From assembly GCA_040901675.1 (NCBI GenBank), contig JBBDYJ010000031.1:121220-185219 (forward strand): a stretch of 64,000 nt of DNA, in the 5' to 3' direction. The DNA is from Pirellulales bacterium (lineage in GTDB: Bacteria; Planctomycetota; Planctomycetia; Pirellulales; JAICIG01). This document shows positions 40,392-48,859 of this stretch, one piece after another (within the stretch, counting starts at the first letter, position 1; the number at the start of each line of letters is the position of its first letter). The position numbers and the translations under genes were made by a program. Under the pieces are notes generated by a model. It searched no databases. It was not told where the DNA came from and saw only the letters and a list, made by a program, of their open reading frames with translations.

Positions 40392-41348
40392 ATGGGAATC
40401 AGGTTTAACTGCCGCCATTGCGGCCGCCAACTGAACGTCAAGAGTTCGTTGGCGGGCAAGCGCGGGCGCTGCCCACACTGCCAGCAAGCGATCGAGATCC
40501 CCGCGGTCGACCAGGCGGCTGCCGCAACGGGCGCGGCCGCCACCGCGCCCGGCGAGCAGACGGCCGGCGACCAGGCAGCCGGTGAGCGGGCGGCCGGTAC
40601 GGTGGTCGAGGCGCCTGCCCCACAAGCGCACAAGGCGGGCGCGGTGCCCGCCCCAGGGGACGCGGCGACGCCGGATGCGATCAACGAAGCGCCGCACCTG
40701 CGCTGGTATCTGCTGCCCGCCGGGGGCACCGGCCAGTATGGGCCGGCGTCGGCCGAGGCTTTCCGTGCCTGGATCGACGAAGGCCGCGTGGCCGCCGACT
40801 CGCTCGTTTGGCGAGAAGACTGGCCCGACTGGCGGTCCGCGGGGGCCGTTTTCGGGCTGGCCGGAGGGGGGCGGGATTCGGGCTTGCCGGCCGCTGGGCC
40901 TTCCACGACCGCCGCGGCCGGGGGGCCGGCAGTGCCGGGCGCTCCGTTGCCAGTTGCTCCGCTGGCCGGGCAAATACCGCTGGCAGGGGCCGTGGTGCAG
41001 GCCGCTGCCCCGCTCTCCCCACTGGCTCCCGTGGCCCCCGTGGCCGCGCCCGTGGGAAATGCGGGTGCGCCGCTGACGAGCGTGGCGGCGCCGGTGGCGA
41101 TCGCGGTCGGGGCGCCGACCGGCGGCGGGCCGGCGAGTTGGCCGGTCGTCGATCCCGGATTGCCCTCCGGAGCCGGGGCAAGGCGCGGCGTCCGCTACCG
41201 CCGCCGCTCGAATATAGGACCTATTATTGCCATTGTGGTGCTGCTGGTGGCAATGATCCCCTTGTCGTACATGCTGTGGCGGGTGTTGAACGACCAGTTC
41301 CACGGGGCCGGCCCCGTGCCGGCTAGCCCAGCGGCGGCCGACGGGTAG
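40392..41348 (+). CDS. Zinc-ribbon plus GYF_2-like domain membrane protein
   Basis: IRFNCRHC...RCPHC; WY...QYGP...WIDEGRV..DSLVWREDWPDW; C-terminal TM helix. Confidence 0.85.
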   Translation: MGIRFNCRHCGRQLNVKSSLAGKRGRCPHCQQAIEIPAVDQAAAATGAAATAPGEQTAGDQAAGERAAGTVVEAPAPQAHKAGAVPAPGDAATPDAINEAPHLRWYLLPAGGTGQYGPASAEAFRAWIDEGRVAADSLVWREDWPDWRSAGAVFGLAGGGRDSGLPAAGPSTTAAAGGPAVPGAPLPVAPLAGQIPLAGAVVQAAAPLSPLAPVAPVAAPVGNAGAPLTSVAAPVAIAVGAPTGGGPASWPVVDPGLPSGAGARRGVRYRRRSNIGPIIAIVVLLVAMIPLSYMLWRVLNDQFHGAGPVPASPAAADG

Positions 41349-41445
41349 AATGCCGTCAAGCTTTGCTTGAGTAAACTATCCGCACCGTCCGTCTTTTGCG
41401 CCGATTTACCACCGCGCCTTACCACCGCGCAGGGAGACTCGCGAC

Positions 41446-42042
41446 ATGAGCCCGACAGCCAAACAATTCAACCGCCTCGCCCCGTTCATCTGCGTCCTGG
41501 CCGTCTCGATTCTGTGCCAGCCGGCCGGCGGGTTCGACGACGACGCAAAGGACCGCGTCATCGATATCGCCGGCGGGAAGTTCAAGCTGACGGCTCCGGA
41601 CACCTGGGAGCGAAAAAAACCGAAGGTCAACATTATCGAGCACGAGTTCGAAGTGCCCGCCTCGAAGGGGGACAAGCGGCCCGGGCGGGTCACCGTGATG
41701 GGGGCCGGCGGCTCCGTCGAGGAGAACATCGAACGCTGGTACGGGCAGTTCAAGCAGCCCGACGGCAGCGCCACCGAAGACTCGGCCAAGGTCGAGAAGA
41801 TGACCATCGCCGGACAGGAGGTGCACCTGGTCGACGTGACAGGCACCTTTCTGGACAAGCCGCCATTCGCGGCCGGCCGTGCCATCGAGCGCGAAGACTA
41901 CCGGCTGCTGGGCGCGATTATCGTGACGAGGCAAAAGGAAAAGCCGACGGGCAACTACTTTGTCAAGCTCGTCGGCCCGAACCAGACGCTCAACGAGCAC
42001 GAAGAAGCGTTCCGCGAGATGATCGAAGGGCTCTCGAACTGA
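41446..42042 (+). CDS. Secreted hypothetical protein
   Basis: Signal peptide; AGGSVEENIERWYGQF; YRLLGAII; YFVKLVGP. Confidence 0.8.
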   Translation: MSPTAKQFNRLAPFICVLAVSILCQPAGGFDDDAKDRVIDIAGGKFKLTAPDTWERKKPKVNIIEHEFEVPASKGDKRPGRVTVMGAGGSVEENIERWYGQFKQPDGSATEDSAKVEKMTIAGQEVHLVDVTGTFLDKPPFAAGRAIEREDYRLLGAIIVTRQKEKPTGNYFVKLVGPNQTLNEHEEAFREMIEGLSN

Positions 42043-42082
42043 GTTGCTGGTTCCTAGCGGCAACCAGCATGGTTCTTCGTTC

Positions 42083-42120
42083 CTAGCAACCAGCAACTAG
42101 CAACTAGCAACCAGCAACCT
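42083..42120. repeat. 7-nt tandem array (AGCAAC(C/T))
   Basis: tagcaac cagcaac tagcaac tagcaac cagcaac immediately before ATG 42126. Confidence 0.8.
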
Positions 42121-42125
42121 GGCGC

Positions 42126-43616
42126 ATGAAGATCCAGCAGTTCCTCCAGCACCACGGCATCGCCAGCAACCCCTTTGCCGATGAGGATGCGCAGACCGAT
42201 CCCGTCTTCAAGGAACACTGCATCCAGAGCACCTATCATCCCACTTGGGACAAGATCTACGGCGACCCGGCCGAGCCGGCCACGTCGATCGTGTTTGGCG
42301 AAAAGGGCTCAGGCAAGACGGCCATGCGGCTGCAGATCGTGCGGCACCTGGACGACTACAACCGCGCCCATCCCCAGGGCCGCTTGTTCGTCATCGAGTA
42401 CGACGACTTCAACCCCTTCCTCGACCGCTTTCGCGACAAGCTCGGCCATCGCAAGCGGCGGCAGGACCAGGTGCTCTCGCAGTGGAAGCTGTGGGACCAC
42501 ATGGACGCCATCCTTTCGCTCGGCGTGACTCAACTGGTCGATCGCATCCTGGAGGCGCCGGGGGCCGGACACAAGCCGGGCGACGTGGGCCAGCTCGAGG
42601 CGGCCGTGCTCGACCGGCACCAGAGCCGCGACCTGTTGCTGCTGGCGGCCTTCTACGACCAATCGTCGGCCGAAACGTTCCGCCAGCGGTGGCACCGCCT
42701 GCGCCGCAAGCTGCGTTACTCCACCTGGCGCTCGAAGTGGCCGCTGGCAGTGGGCATCCTCTCGGTGCTGGTCGTGTTCGGGCTGATCGTCGGACTGCAG
42801 AAATGGGACTGGCTGGCCAGCCCCTGGCCGTATCTTTTCGGCGCGGCCGGCTGGGCGCCGTATGCCTGGCGGGCCTGGACCTGGTACTGGCGGGCCAAGG
42901 GCATCACGCGGCAGTTGCGGGTGGTGAACCACGAGGCCAACGCCTTGCGGCAAGTGCTGATGAACTTCGCCTCGGACGAGATCATGAGCCAGCCCCTGCC
43001 CAACAAGGAGCGGACCGACGACCGCTTCGAGCTCTTGGTGAAGTTCCAGGGGGTGCTGCGGTCGCTGGGGTTCGCGGGCGTCATCGTGCTGGTCGATCGG
43101 GTGGACGAGCCGCACCTGGTCAACGGCTCTCCGGAGCAGATGCGGGCCCTGTTGTGGCCGCTCTTGGACAACAAGTTCCTCAAGCATCCGGGCCTGGGGT
43201 TCAAGCTGCTGCTGCCCGTGGAGCTTTCGTACTTTATCGACCGCGAAGACCGCGATTTCTACCAGCGGGCCCGGTTGGACAAGCAGAACCTGATCCCGTC
43301 GCTGCAATGGTCGGGCGAGGCGCTGTACGACGTGGCCAATGCGCGTCTGAAGGCCTGCGCGGCCGACGGCAAGTCGCCGGCGCTGCGCGATCTGTTCGAG
43401 CCCTCCGTGAGCGACCGCCGCCTGATCGAAGCCTTGCGCACGCTGCGGGTGCCCCGCCACCTGTTCAAGTTCCTCTACCGGGTTTTCGTCTCGCACTCCA
43501 ACGCCTACACCGACGAGAACCCCTCCTGGAAGATCTCCGGCGAAACGTTCGAGTCGGTGCTGGCACTCTATCAGCGCGCCCAGGAAGCCTATGACCGCGG
43601 CCTGGGCGTCGCCTGA
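42126..43616 (+). CDS. P-loop NTPase with two inserted TM helices
   Basis: Walker A GEKGSGKT; Walker B VIVLVDRVDE; hydrophobic segments between them. Confidence 0.75.
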   Translation: MKIQQFLQHHGIASNPFADEDAQTDPVFKEHCIQSTYHPTWDKIYGDPAEPATSIVFGEKGSGKTAMRLQIVRHLDDYNRAHPQGRLFVIEYDDFNPFLDRFRDKLGHRKRRQDQVLSQWKLWDHMDAILSLGVTQLVDRILEAPGAGHKPGDVGQLEAAVLDRHQSRDLLLLAAFYDQSSAETFRQRWHRLRRKLRYSTWRSKWPLAVGILSVLVVFGLIVGLQKWDWLASPWPYLFGAAGWAPYAWRAWTWYWRAKGITRQLRVVNHEANALRQVLMNFASDEIMSQPLPNKERTDDRFELLVKFQGVLRSLGFAGVIVLVDRVDEPHLVNGSPEQMRALLWPLLDNKFLKHPGLGFKLLLPVELSYFIDREDRDFYQRARLDKQNLIPSLQWSGEALYDVANARLKACAADGKSPALRDLFEPSVSDRRLIEALRTLRVPRHLFKFLYRVFVSHSNAYTDENPSWKISGETFESVLALYQRAQEAYDRGLGVA

Positions 43617-43697
43617 AGGGCGCCCTTGACCGGGAAACGCCTTCCTGCGAGACTTCGCCCCCTCGGATGATCGTTTCTTGCGCAGGAGGTGCATTCG

Positions 43698-44300
43698 ATG
43701 CAGCGCTGCTGGACAATGGGGACGGTGCTAGCATGCGTTCTGGCCGGTTGCTCCGGCTCGGGCGACGAGAAGCAGGCCCCGGCGACGGCCGGCTCCAAGG
43801 CGGCCCAAGCCAAGCCGGCGAAGGCCCAGGGGCCGGATGGGGCGGTTTTCGACTTCCTGGAAGCGGTCCGCACCGGAAACGATTCCAAGGCCAACGGCAT
43901 GCTGACCCAACTGGCCCGCCAGAAAACGGCTGAGCTCGACATGGTCGTCGCTCCGCCGGGCAGCGACACGGCCAGCTTCGAGGTGGGTGGCGTCGAGATG
44001 ATCACCGAAGGAGACGAACGCGGCGCGCACGTGACCTGCAAATGGACCGACGTGGGCGAGGATGGCCAGCCGCACACCGACGAAATCATCTGGATGCTGC
44101 GTGAAGAGCCCGAAGGCTGGCGGATTGCCGGTATGGCCACCCAGATCTTCGACGAGGAGCTGCCCCTGCTGCTGAATTTCGAAGATCCGGAAGACATGAT
44201 GCGCAAGCAGCGGATGGCGGAGGAAGAGATGGAGCGCCGCAGCCGCCCTGAAACCCAGGAAAGCCGCCAATCCAGCAGCGAGGACCCCTTCCGCAAGTAA
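43698..44300 (+). CDS. Hypothetical lipoprotein
   Basis: AGGAGG RBS; lipobox VLAG-C; EPEGWRIAGM. Confidence 0.8.
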   Translation: MQRCWTMGTVLACVLAGCSGSGDEKQAPATAGSKAAQAKPAKAQGPDGAVFDFLEAVRTGNDSKANGMLTQLARQKTAELDMVVAPPGSDTASFEVGGVEMITEGDERGAHVTCKWTDVGEDGQPHTDEIIWMLREEPEGWRIAGMATQIFDEELPLLLNFEDPEDMMRKQRMAEEEMERRSRPETQESRQSSSEDPFRK

Positions 44301-44332
44301 GTTGCGGCAAAGAAAAAACTTAAGCGCTCGAC

Positions 44333-44362
44333 TGGCCCCCGCTACAGGGGGCCATTTTTTTT
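44333..44362 (+). terminator. Intrinsic terminator
   Basis: TGGCCCCC-gctaca-GGGGGCCA followed by T8. Confidence 0.88.
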
Positions 44363-44472
44363 GCGCATTTTTCCCGAACTCCCATTGACCGCCGCATTGA
44401 AATCTGGACAATCAGCGCAGCACTCCTAAAGCCCCAAGCCAGCCCAGGGCTCACAAATTATCGTTTTGGTCC

Positions 44473-44500
44473 TTGACATCGCTCTCCGCAGTGATAATTT
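44473..44500 (+). promoter_or_regulatory. Sigma70 promoter with extended -10
   Basis: TTGACA (44473-44478), 16-nt spacer, TG-n-TAATTT (44492-44500). Confidence 0.55.
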
Positions 44501-44544
44501 AAGCAACCTAACCTGTGCATTCGTGTCTATAGTGCGCAATCGTT

Positions 44545-44670
44545 AAGCTCGCGAGGGGCGGCCCGGCGCTAGGCCGACACAGCACAGTTCACCCGAGGTC
44601 CTTCCCTTTGGACGGCCGTCACAAGGGGGGAAAACTAAGCGACGGCCAGATTTCGGTTTCGGGCTCTTAC
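44545..44670 (+). ncRNA. Candidate structured 5' leader RNA with pseudoknot
   Basis: Interleaved complementary pairs: 44601-44609 with 44623-44630, and 44614-44620 with 44641-44647, inside a ~195-nt leader. Confidence 0.4.
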
Positions 44671-44701
44671 GGTACCTGTTTAGTTTTTGGAGGAATCTAG
44701 G

Positions 44702-45139
44702 ATGAATCGTGCAATTGTGTTTGGCATCGCGATATTTCTCGCGGTGGTCGGTATCGCCCTGATGGGCGGCGACAACCAGGTGTTGGCCGGGCATGGCTGT
44801 GCCGGCTGCGATGGCGGCGGCTGTCATGGATGTCATGGGTGTGACGGGGGCTATGGCGGCTGCCACGGCTGCGCCGGCGCGTGCGACGGCTGCGAGGGTC
44901 GGCGCCGCGGTGGGCTGTTCCAGCGTCATCGGCGGAGTCGCGGTTGCCACGGTTGCAATGGCTGCGCTGGCTGCCATGGCTGCCACGGTGCACCCGCTTG
45001 CGCCGGTTGCGACGGCTACGCTCCGCACGACGACATGGGTCCGCCGCCGGGCGACCTCGACGCTCCCCCGCCCGCTCCGGAAGACGCCCCCGAGGCGCGG
45101 ATCCAGCGCGGTTTTCGTCGGGTCAGCTTCCGTCGCTAG
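44702..45139 (+). CDS. Secreted Cys/His/Gly-rich small protein (145 aa)
   Basis: GGAGG RBS; signal peptide; 16 Cys in GCx repeats; Pro/Asp-rich tail. Confidence 0.85.
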   Translation: MNRAIVFGIAIFLAVVGIALMGGDNQVLAGHGCAGCDGGGCHGCHGCDGGYGGCHGCAGACDGCEGRRRGGLFQRHRRSRGCHGCNGCAGCHGCHGAPACAGCDGYAPHDDMGPPPGDLDAPPPAPEDAPEARIQRGFRRVSFRR

Positions 45140-45194
45140 ACGTTGGATTGAAACCAGCCACCCGCGCGTGGCTCAGGTTTCCAGTGGCTTTATG

Positions 45195-45234
45195 GCCGGA
45201 TCTCCCCCTGCGGGTGATCCGGCTTTTATTTTTT
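45195..45234 (+). terminator. Intrinsic terminator
   Basis: GCCGGATC...GATCCGGC followed by TTTTATTTTTT. Confidence 0.85.
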
Positions 45235-45339
45235 GACGTACCCCGTGACGCGCGGCTCCCCGACGGCAACCTCTCGACCACTCCCCTTGGCGCGAGCTAA
45301 GCTAGTCAGGCATTCCAGCCACCCAACCCCGCGCGCTTA

Positions 45340-45447
45340 GGAATGACCGAAAAATAACTTCGGCAAAGTCGAGCGAGCTGGGTGCCTGGGGCAAAGCGAT
45401 AAGCGTGCCCCAGTTGCAATGTGAGGAAGTTATTTTTCGGCCGATCC
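45340..45447. mobile_element. 108-bp MITE with 22-bp imperfect TIRs and TTA target duplication
   Basis: Ends GGAATGACCGAAAAATAACTTC and GAAGTTATTTTTCGGCCGATCC (19/22 match as inverted repeats); TTA on both sides; other copies at 47193, 29843 and 15550. Confidence 0.8.
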
Positions 45448-45464
45448 TTAGCCGTTCGCCTTCC

Positions 45465-46139
45465 ATGCACGCCAGCGCCCCGCCATCTTGCACCAGCGAC
45501 CCAGCGCCGAGCTGGTCCGAAACGGCCCGCACCGCCGTCAGCTTCCTCTTGTTCCTGCACTTCTTTGCGCTGGCCGTCGGCTTCACTTCCAACACCTGGA
45601 GCCCCTCGCCGCTGCTCGTCAGGCTGCGCGATGTCCCGCCGGTGCGGCCTTACCTGCAACTGCTGGGCTGGGATGTGCCGTGGCTGGGCCTCTACAGCCT
45701 GACGCACGCCGCCGAGGACGATACCGATCACACGCTGGCGGCCGAGCTGAGAATGGCCGACGGATCATCTCGCGAGATTGTACTCCCCGAGCCAGACCTC
45801 CGCCTGCCGGAGCGGAAGCGGCGCTTCACCCGGCTGGCCGCCACCGTGGGGGAGTTGGCCGGCAATTCCACGGTCGAAAGCATCCTGCCGCAGGCGATCG
45901 CCGCCCATTTTGTCGGCCAGTACGGGGCGGCCGGCGGCACGATCCGCTGCCGGCGGCATTTTCTGCAGCCGACCGAGGCCGTGCTGCGGTCGGGCCGGGA
46001 CGAAATCGCTCCATACAGCCGCGAACAGACGCTTTACGAGGCCCGGATACTCGTCTCCGACGGCCTGGTCGAGCTGCTCAAGATCGAGTCGGCGGCCGAC
46101 GTGGCTCCGCCCGCCGCGACCACTCCCGCCACGCCATGA
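45465..46139 (+). CDS. Membrane-anchored hypothetical protein, HTTM partner (DUF5819/SdpA-like by context)
   Basis: N-terminal TM helix with LHF motif; PYLQLLG; lies 7 bp upstream of the HTTM gene. Confidence 0.6.
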   Translation: MHASAPPSCTSDPAPSWSETARTAVSFLLFLHFFALAVGFTSNTWSPSPLLVRLRDVPPVRPYLQLLGWDVPWLGLYSLTHAAEDDTDHTLAAELRMADGSSREIVLPEPDLRLPERKRRFTRLAATVGELAGNSTVESILPQAIAAHFVGQYGAAGGTIRCRRHFLQPTEAVLRSGRDEIAPYSREQTLYEARILVSDGLVELLKIESAADVAPPAATTPATP

Positions 46140-46146
46140 GGGGCGC

Positions 46147-47172
46147 ATGAGGCAATACCTGGGCGATCTCAGCCGGAGCTTCGGCCAGGCTTGGAACCGG
46201 TTCTGGTTCACGCCGCGCGATCCGCTGGTTCTGTCGGTGATCCGCGTGGCTGCCGGCCTGGTGGCCCTGTACCTGGTGGCAAGCTACACCCCGGACCTGG
46301 GACGGTTTTTCGGGCCAGGCGGCTTGCTGCCCGTGGAGACGATCGAAACGCTTCAGCGGCCCGACCCCGAGTCGATGCCGCGCCGCTGGCGCTTCTCGTA
46401 CTTGGACTACATGCAGTCAGGCTCGGACCTGTGGCTGGCCCACGTTGCCGGGCTGGCGGTGCTGGCCCTGTACACGGTCGGCTTCTGGACGCGAGTTTCA
46501 TCGTGCCTGGCGCTGGTGGTCGTGCTCTCGTACGTGCATCGCGGGCCGGTGCTGACCGGCGAGGTCGAGCCGGTGCTGGCGCTGGTGATGTTCTATCTCT
46601 GTCTGGCTCCGTCGGGACGCTACCTGTCGGTCGACGCCTGGCTGGCTCGCCGCCGGGCGGCCAGCATCCCCAGGACAGAGCCGGCGCCGGCAGGCGCCTC
46701 CAATCTGAGCACGGCCGCGACCATCGCCACCCGCCTGATGCAGGTGCACCTCTCGCTTTTGTACGCGGGCATGGCGTTGGGCAAGCTGGCCGGCGACGCG
46801 TGGTGGAGCGGAGCGGCCGTCTGGTGGCTCATCGCCAGGCCCGAGCAGCGCCTGGCCGACTTGACGTGGCTGGCGGACCATCCGTTTGTGGTGAACGCTT
46901 GGACGCACGCCATCGTGGTCTTTGAGCTGGCCTTTGCCGTGTTGATCTGGAACCGGCTGGCGCGGCCGCTGCTGCTCTGGCTGGCGGCCGCGATGTGGAT
47001 CCTGCTGGTGCCGATCACCGGGCTGGCGGCATTCGCCCTGTTGATGCTGGCGGCCAACCTCTCGTTCGTGCCGCCCGATACCGTGCGGCGGGCATTTTCG
47101 TGCTGCGGCAGCCTGGTCGACCCGCCCGCGGCGAGCCTGGTCGAGCCGCCCGCGGCCGTGCGGCAACCCTAA
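46147..47172 (+). CDS. HTTM-domain (vitamin K-dependent carboxylase-like / SdpB-like) membrane protein
   Basis: AWNRFWF, IRVAAG, GFWTRVS, SYVHR, APSGRYLSVDAW, RLMQVHLSLLY...GKL.GDAWWSG. Confidence 0.85.
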   Translation: MRQYLGDLSRSFGQAWNRFWFTPRDPLVLSVIRVAAGLVALYLVASYTPDLGRFFGPGGLLPVETIETLQRPDPESMPRRWRFSYLDYMQSGSDLWLAHVAGLAVLALYTVGFWTRVSSCLALVVVLSYVHRGPVLTGEVEPVLALVMFYLCLAPSGRYLSVDAWLARRRAASIPRTEPAPAGASNLSTAATIATRLMQVHLSLLYAGMALGKLAGDAWWSGAAVWWLIARPEQRLADLTWLADHPFVVNAWTHAIVVFELAFAVLIWNRLARPLLLWLAAAMWILLVPITGLAAFALLMLAANLSFVPPDTVRRAFSCCGSLVDPPAASLVEPPAAVRQP

Positions 47173-47192
47173 GGCGCTTACGGCAGCCCTCA

Positions 47193-47300
47193 GGATCGGC
47201 CGAAAAATAACTTCCTCACATCGCAACTGGGACACGCTTGTCGTTATTGCCCAGCCACCCAGCTCGCTCGACTCTGTCGAAGTTATTTTTCGGTCATTCC
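47193..47300. mobile_element. 108-bp MITE, second full copy in inverted orientation
   Basis: Reverse complement is about 90% identical by eye to 45340-45447; flanked by TCA and TTA. Confidence 0.8.
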
Positions 47301-47604
47301 TTAGCCCGCGGAGCGGGCGACAGTTAATAGCCGGGCGGCGTAAGCCCCCGGTTGCCGATCAATGAACCTTTCTTTCAGCCCGCGAAGCGGGCGACAGTAG
47401 GCATTGGTCAACGCATGGCCGACGACCTATGGGTGACGCCAGGCGCTTGGGACTTCGCTCGACCAAGATCCGGGGGCTATAATCGGTCCTTGTGTTTTCA
47501 GCGTCGTTCGTAGTGACCCCATTTATGGGGTCCGTAGTAAAGTCGCCCTCACGCTCCGCGTGGGGCAGGTCCAAAGCACCGCTCACGCGCCGCGTGAGGC
47601 AGCT

Positions 47605-47701
47605 TGCACCAGGAGACACCACCATGCCAATGACCAATGACCAATGACCAATGACCAATGACCAATGACCAATGACCAATGCACCAGGAGACACCACCAT
47701 G
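47605..47701 (+). repeat. (CCAATGA)7 array between two copies of a 22-bp direct repeat
   Basis: TGCACCAGGAGACACCACCATG at 47605-47626 and 47680-47701. Confidence 0.92.
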
Positions 47702-48616
47702 TCGATTGCAGCGAACCGGCGACGTTTTCTCCGCGACGCGGCCGTCACGTTCAGCGGCCTGGCGGCCGGCCTTGCCTGGCGGGGCGCCGGCGCGATCGAA
47801 CCGATCGCACGCCCGGGCGAGCCGAAGTACAAGTTCAGCCTGGCGGCCTACAGCTATCGCGACCTGCTGAGCGGCGAATCGCCGCGGCTTTCGCTTTCCG
47901 ACTTTATCGCGGACTGCGCGAAGATGGGTTTGGAAGGCACCGAGTTGACGTCGTACTATTTTCCCGATGAGCCGAGCGACGCGTATCTGCGGCAGTTGAA
48001 GCAGCACTGTTTCCGCCTGGGACTCGACGTGTCGGGCACGGCCGTGGGCAACGATTTCTGCCATCCGGCGGGAGACGAGCGCGACCGGCAGATCGCGCAC
48101 GTGAAGCGCTGGATCGAGCGGGCCGAAATCCTCGGCGCGCCGGTGATCCGCATCTTCTCCGGCTCGGTCCGCGACGGGCAATCGGCCGGCGAGGCCCATC
48201 GGCAGGCGGTGGCGGCCATCGAGGAATGCTGCGAGTACGCCGGGCAGCACGGGGTGTTCCTAGCCTTGGAGAACCACGGCGGGCTGACCACGACACCTGA
48301 GGGCACGTTGGCCCTGGTGCGGGACGTGAAGAGCGACTGGTTCGGCGTCAACCTCGACACGGGCAATTTTCGCACGGCCGATCCGTACGCGGATCTTGCC
48401 CAGCTCGCCCCTTACGCTTTGAACGTGCAGGTCAAGGTCGTGGTGCATCCGCAGGGGCAAGGCCGGCAGCCCGCCGACTTCGCCCGCCTGGCCGGCATGC
48501 TCACTGGCGCCGGCTATCGCGGCTACATCGTGTTGGAGTACGAAGAGGCCGAGGACCCTCGCCAGGCCTGCCCTCGTTACATCGACGCCCTGCGCAAAGC
48601 GTTCACCGGGTCGTAG
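47699..48616 (+). CDS. Tat-exported sugar phosphate isomerase/epimerase (TIM barrel)
   Basis: NRRRFL; SLAAYS; LALENHGG; VNLDTGNF; GYRGYIVLEYE. Confidence 0.9.
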   Translation: MSIAANRRRFLRDAAVTFSGLAAGLAWRGAGAIEPIARPGEPKYKFSLAAYSYRDLLSGESPRLSLSDFIADCAKMGLEGTELTSYYFPDEPSDAYLRQLKQHCFRLGLDVSGTAVGNDFCHPAGDERDRQIAHVKRWIERAEILGAPVIRIFSGSVRDGQSAGEAHRQAVAAIEECCEYAGQHGVFLALENHGGLTTTPEGTLALVRDVKSDWFGVNLDTGNFRTADPYADLAQLAPYALNVQVKVVVHPQGQGRQPADFARLAGMLTGAGYRGYIVLEYEEAEDPRQACPRYIDALRKAFTGS

Positions 48617-48645
48617 CGCCCACCTCCGCCTCAATCTTCCTGTCC

Positions 48646-48805
48646 CCTGCCTTGAGCTTGCCTGCCTTGAGCTTGCCTGCCTTGAGCTTGCCTGCCTTGA
48701 GCTTGCCGAAAGGTCGATTCCTCTTTCCTGCCTCCTGACCCCTGTCCCCTGACCTCCGACCTCTGCCTTCTGACCTCTGCCTTCTGACCTCTGTCTCCTG
48801 CCCTG
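48646..48805. repeat. Four 15-bp tandem repeats (CCTGCCTTGAGCTTG) followed by a degenerate 7-nt array (CTGACCT-like)
   Basis: Exact copies at 48646, 48661, 48676 and 48691; about 11 heptamers at 48728-48805. Confidence 0.9.
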
Positions 48806-48828
48806 TCCGATGTCTCAGCATCGGTCCT

Positions 48829-48859
48829 TGATGTGGTCCACTCGCTCCGCGAGTGGTTG
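48829..48859. repeat. 31-bp direct repeat, left copy
   Basis: TGATGTGGTCCACTCGCTCCGCGAGTGGTTG, identical to 62684-62714. Confidence 0.85.

Noticed and set aside
44545..44670. Known riboswitch (c-di-GMP, cobalamin, SAM, TPP) in the leader
   Set aside because: I could not see the conserved cores of these classes.
44702..45139. Multiheme cytochrome c call for the Cys-rich protein
   Set aside because: The CxxCH matches overlap and arise from GCH triplet repeats, with no surrounding cytochrome fold; kept only as a testable possibility.
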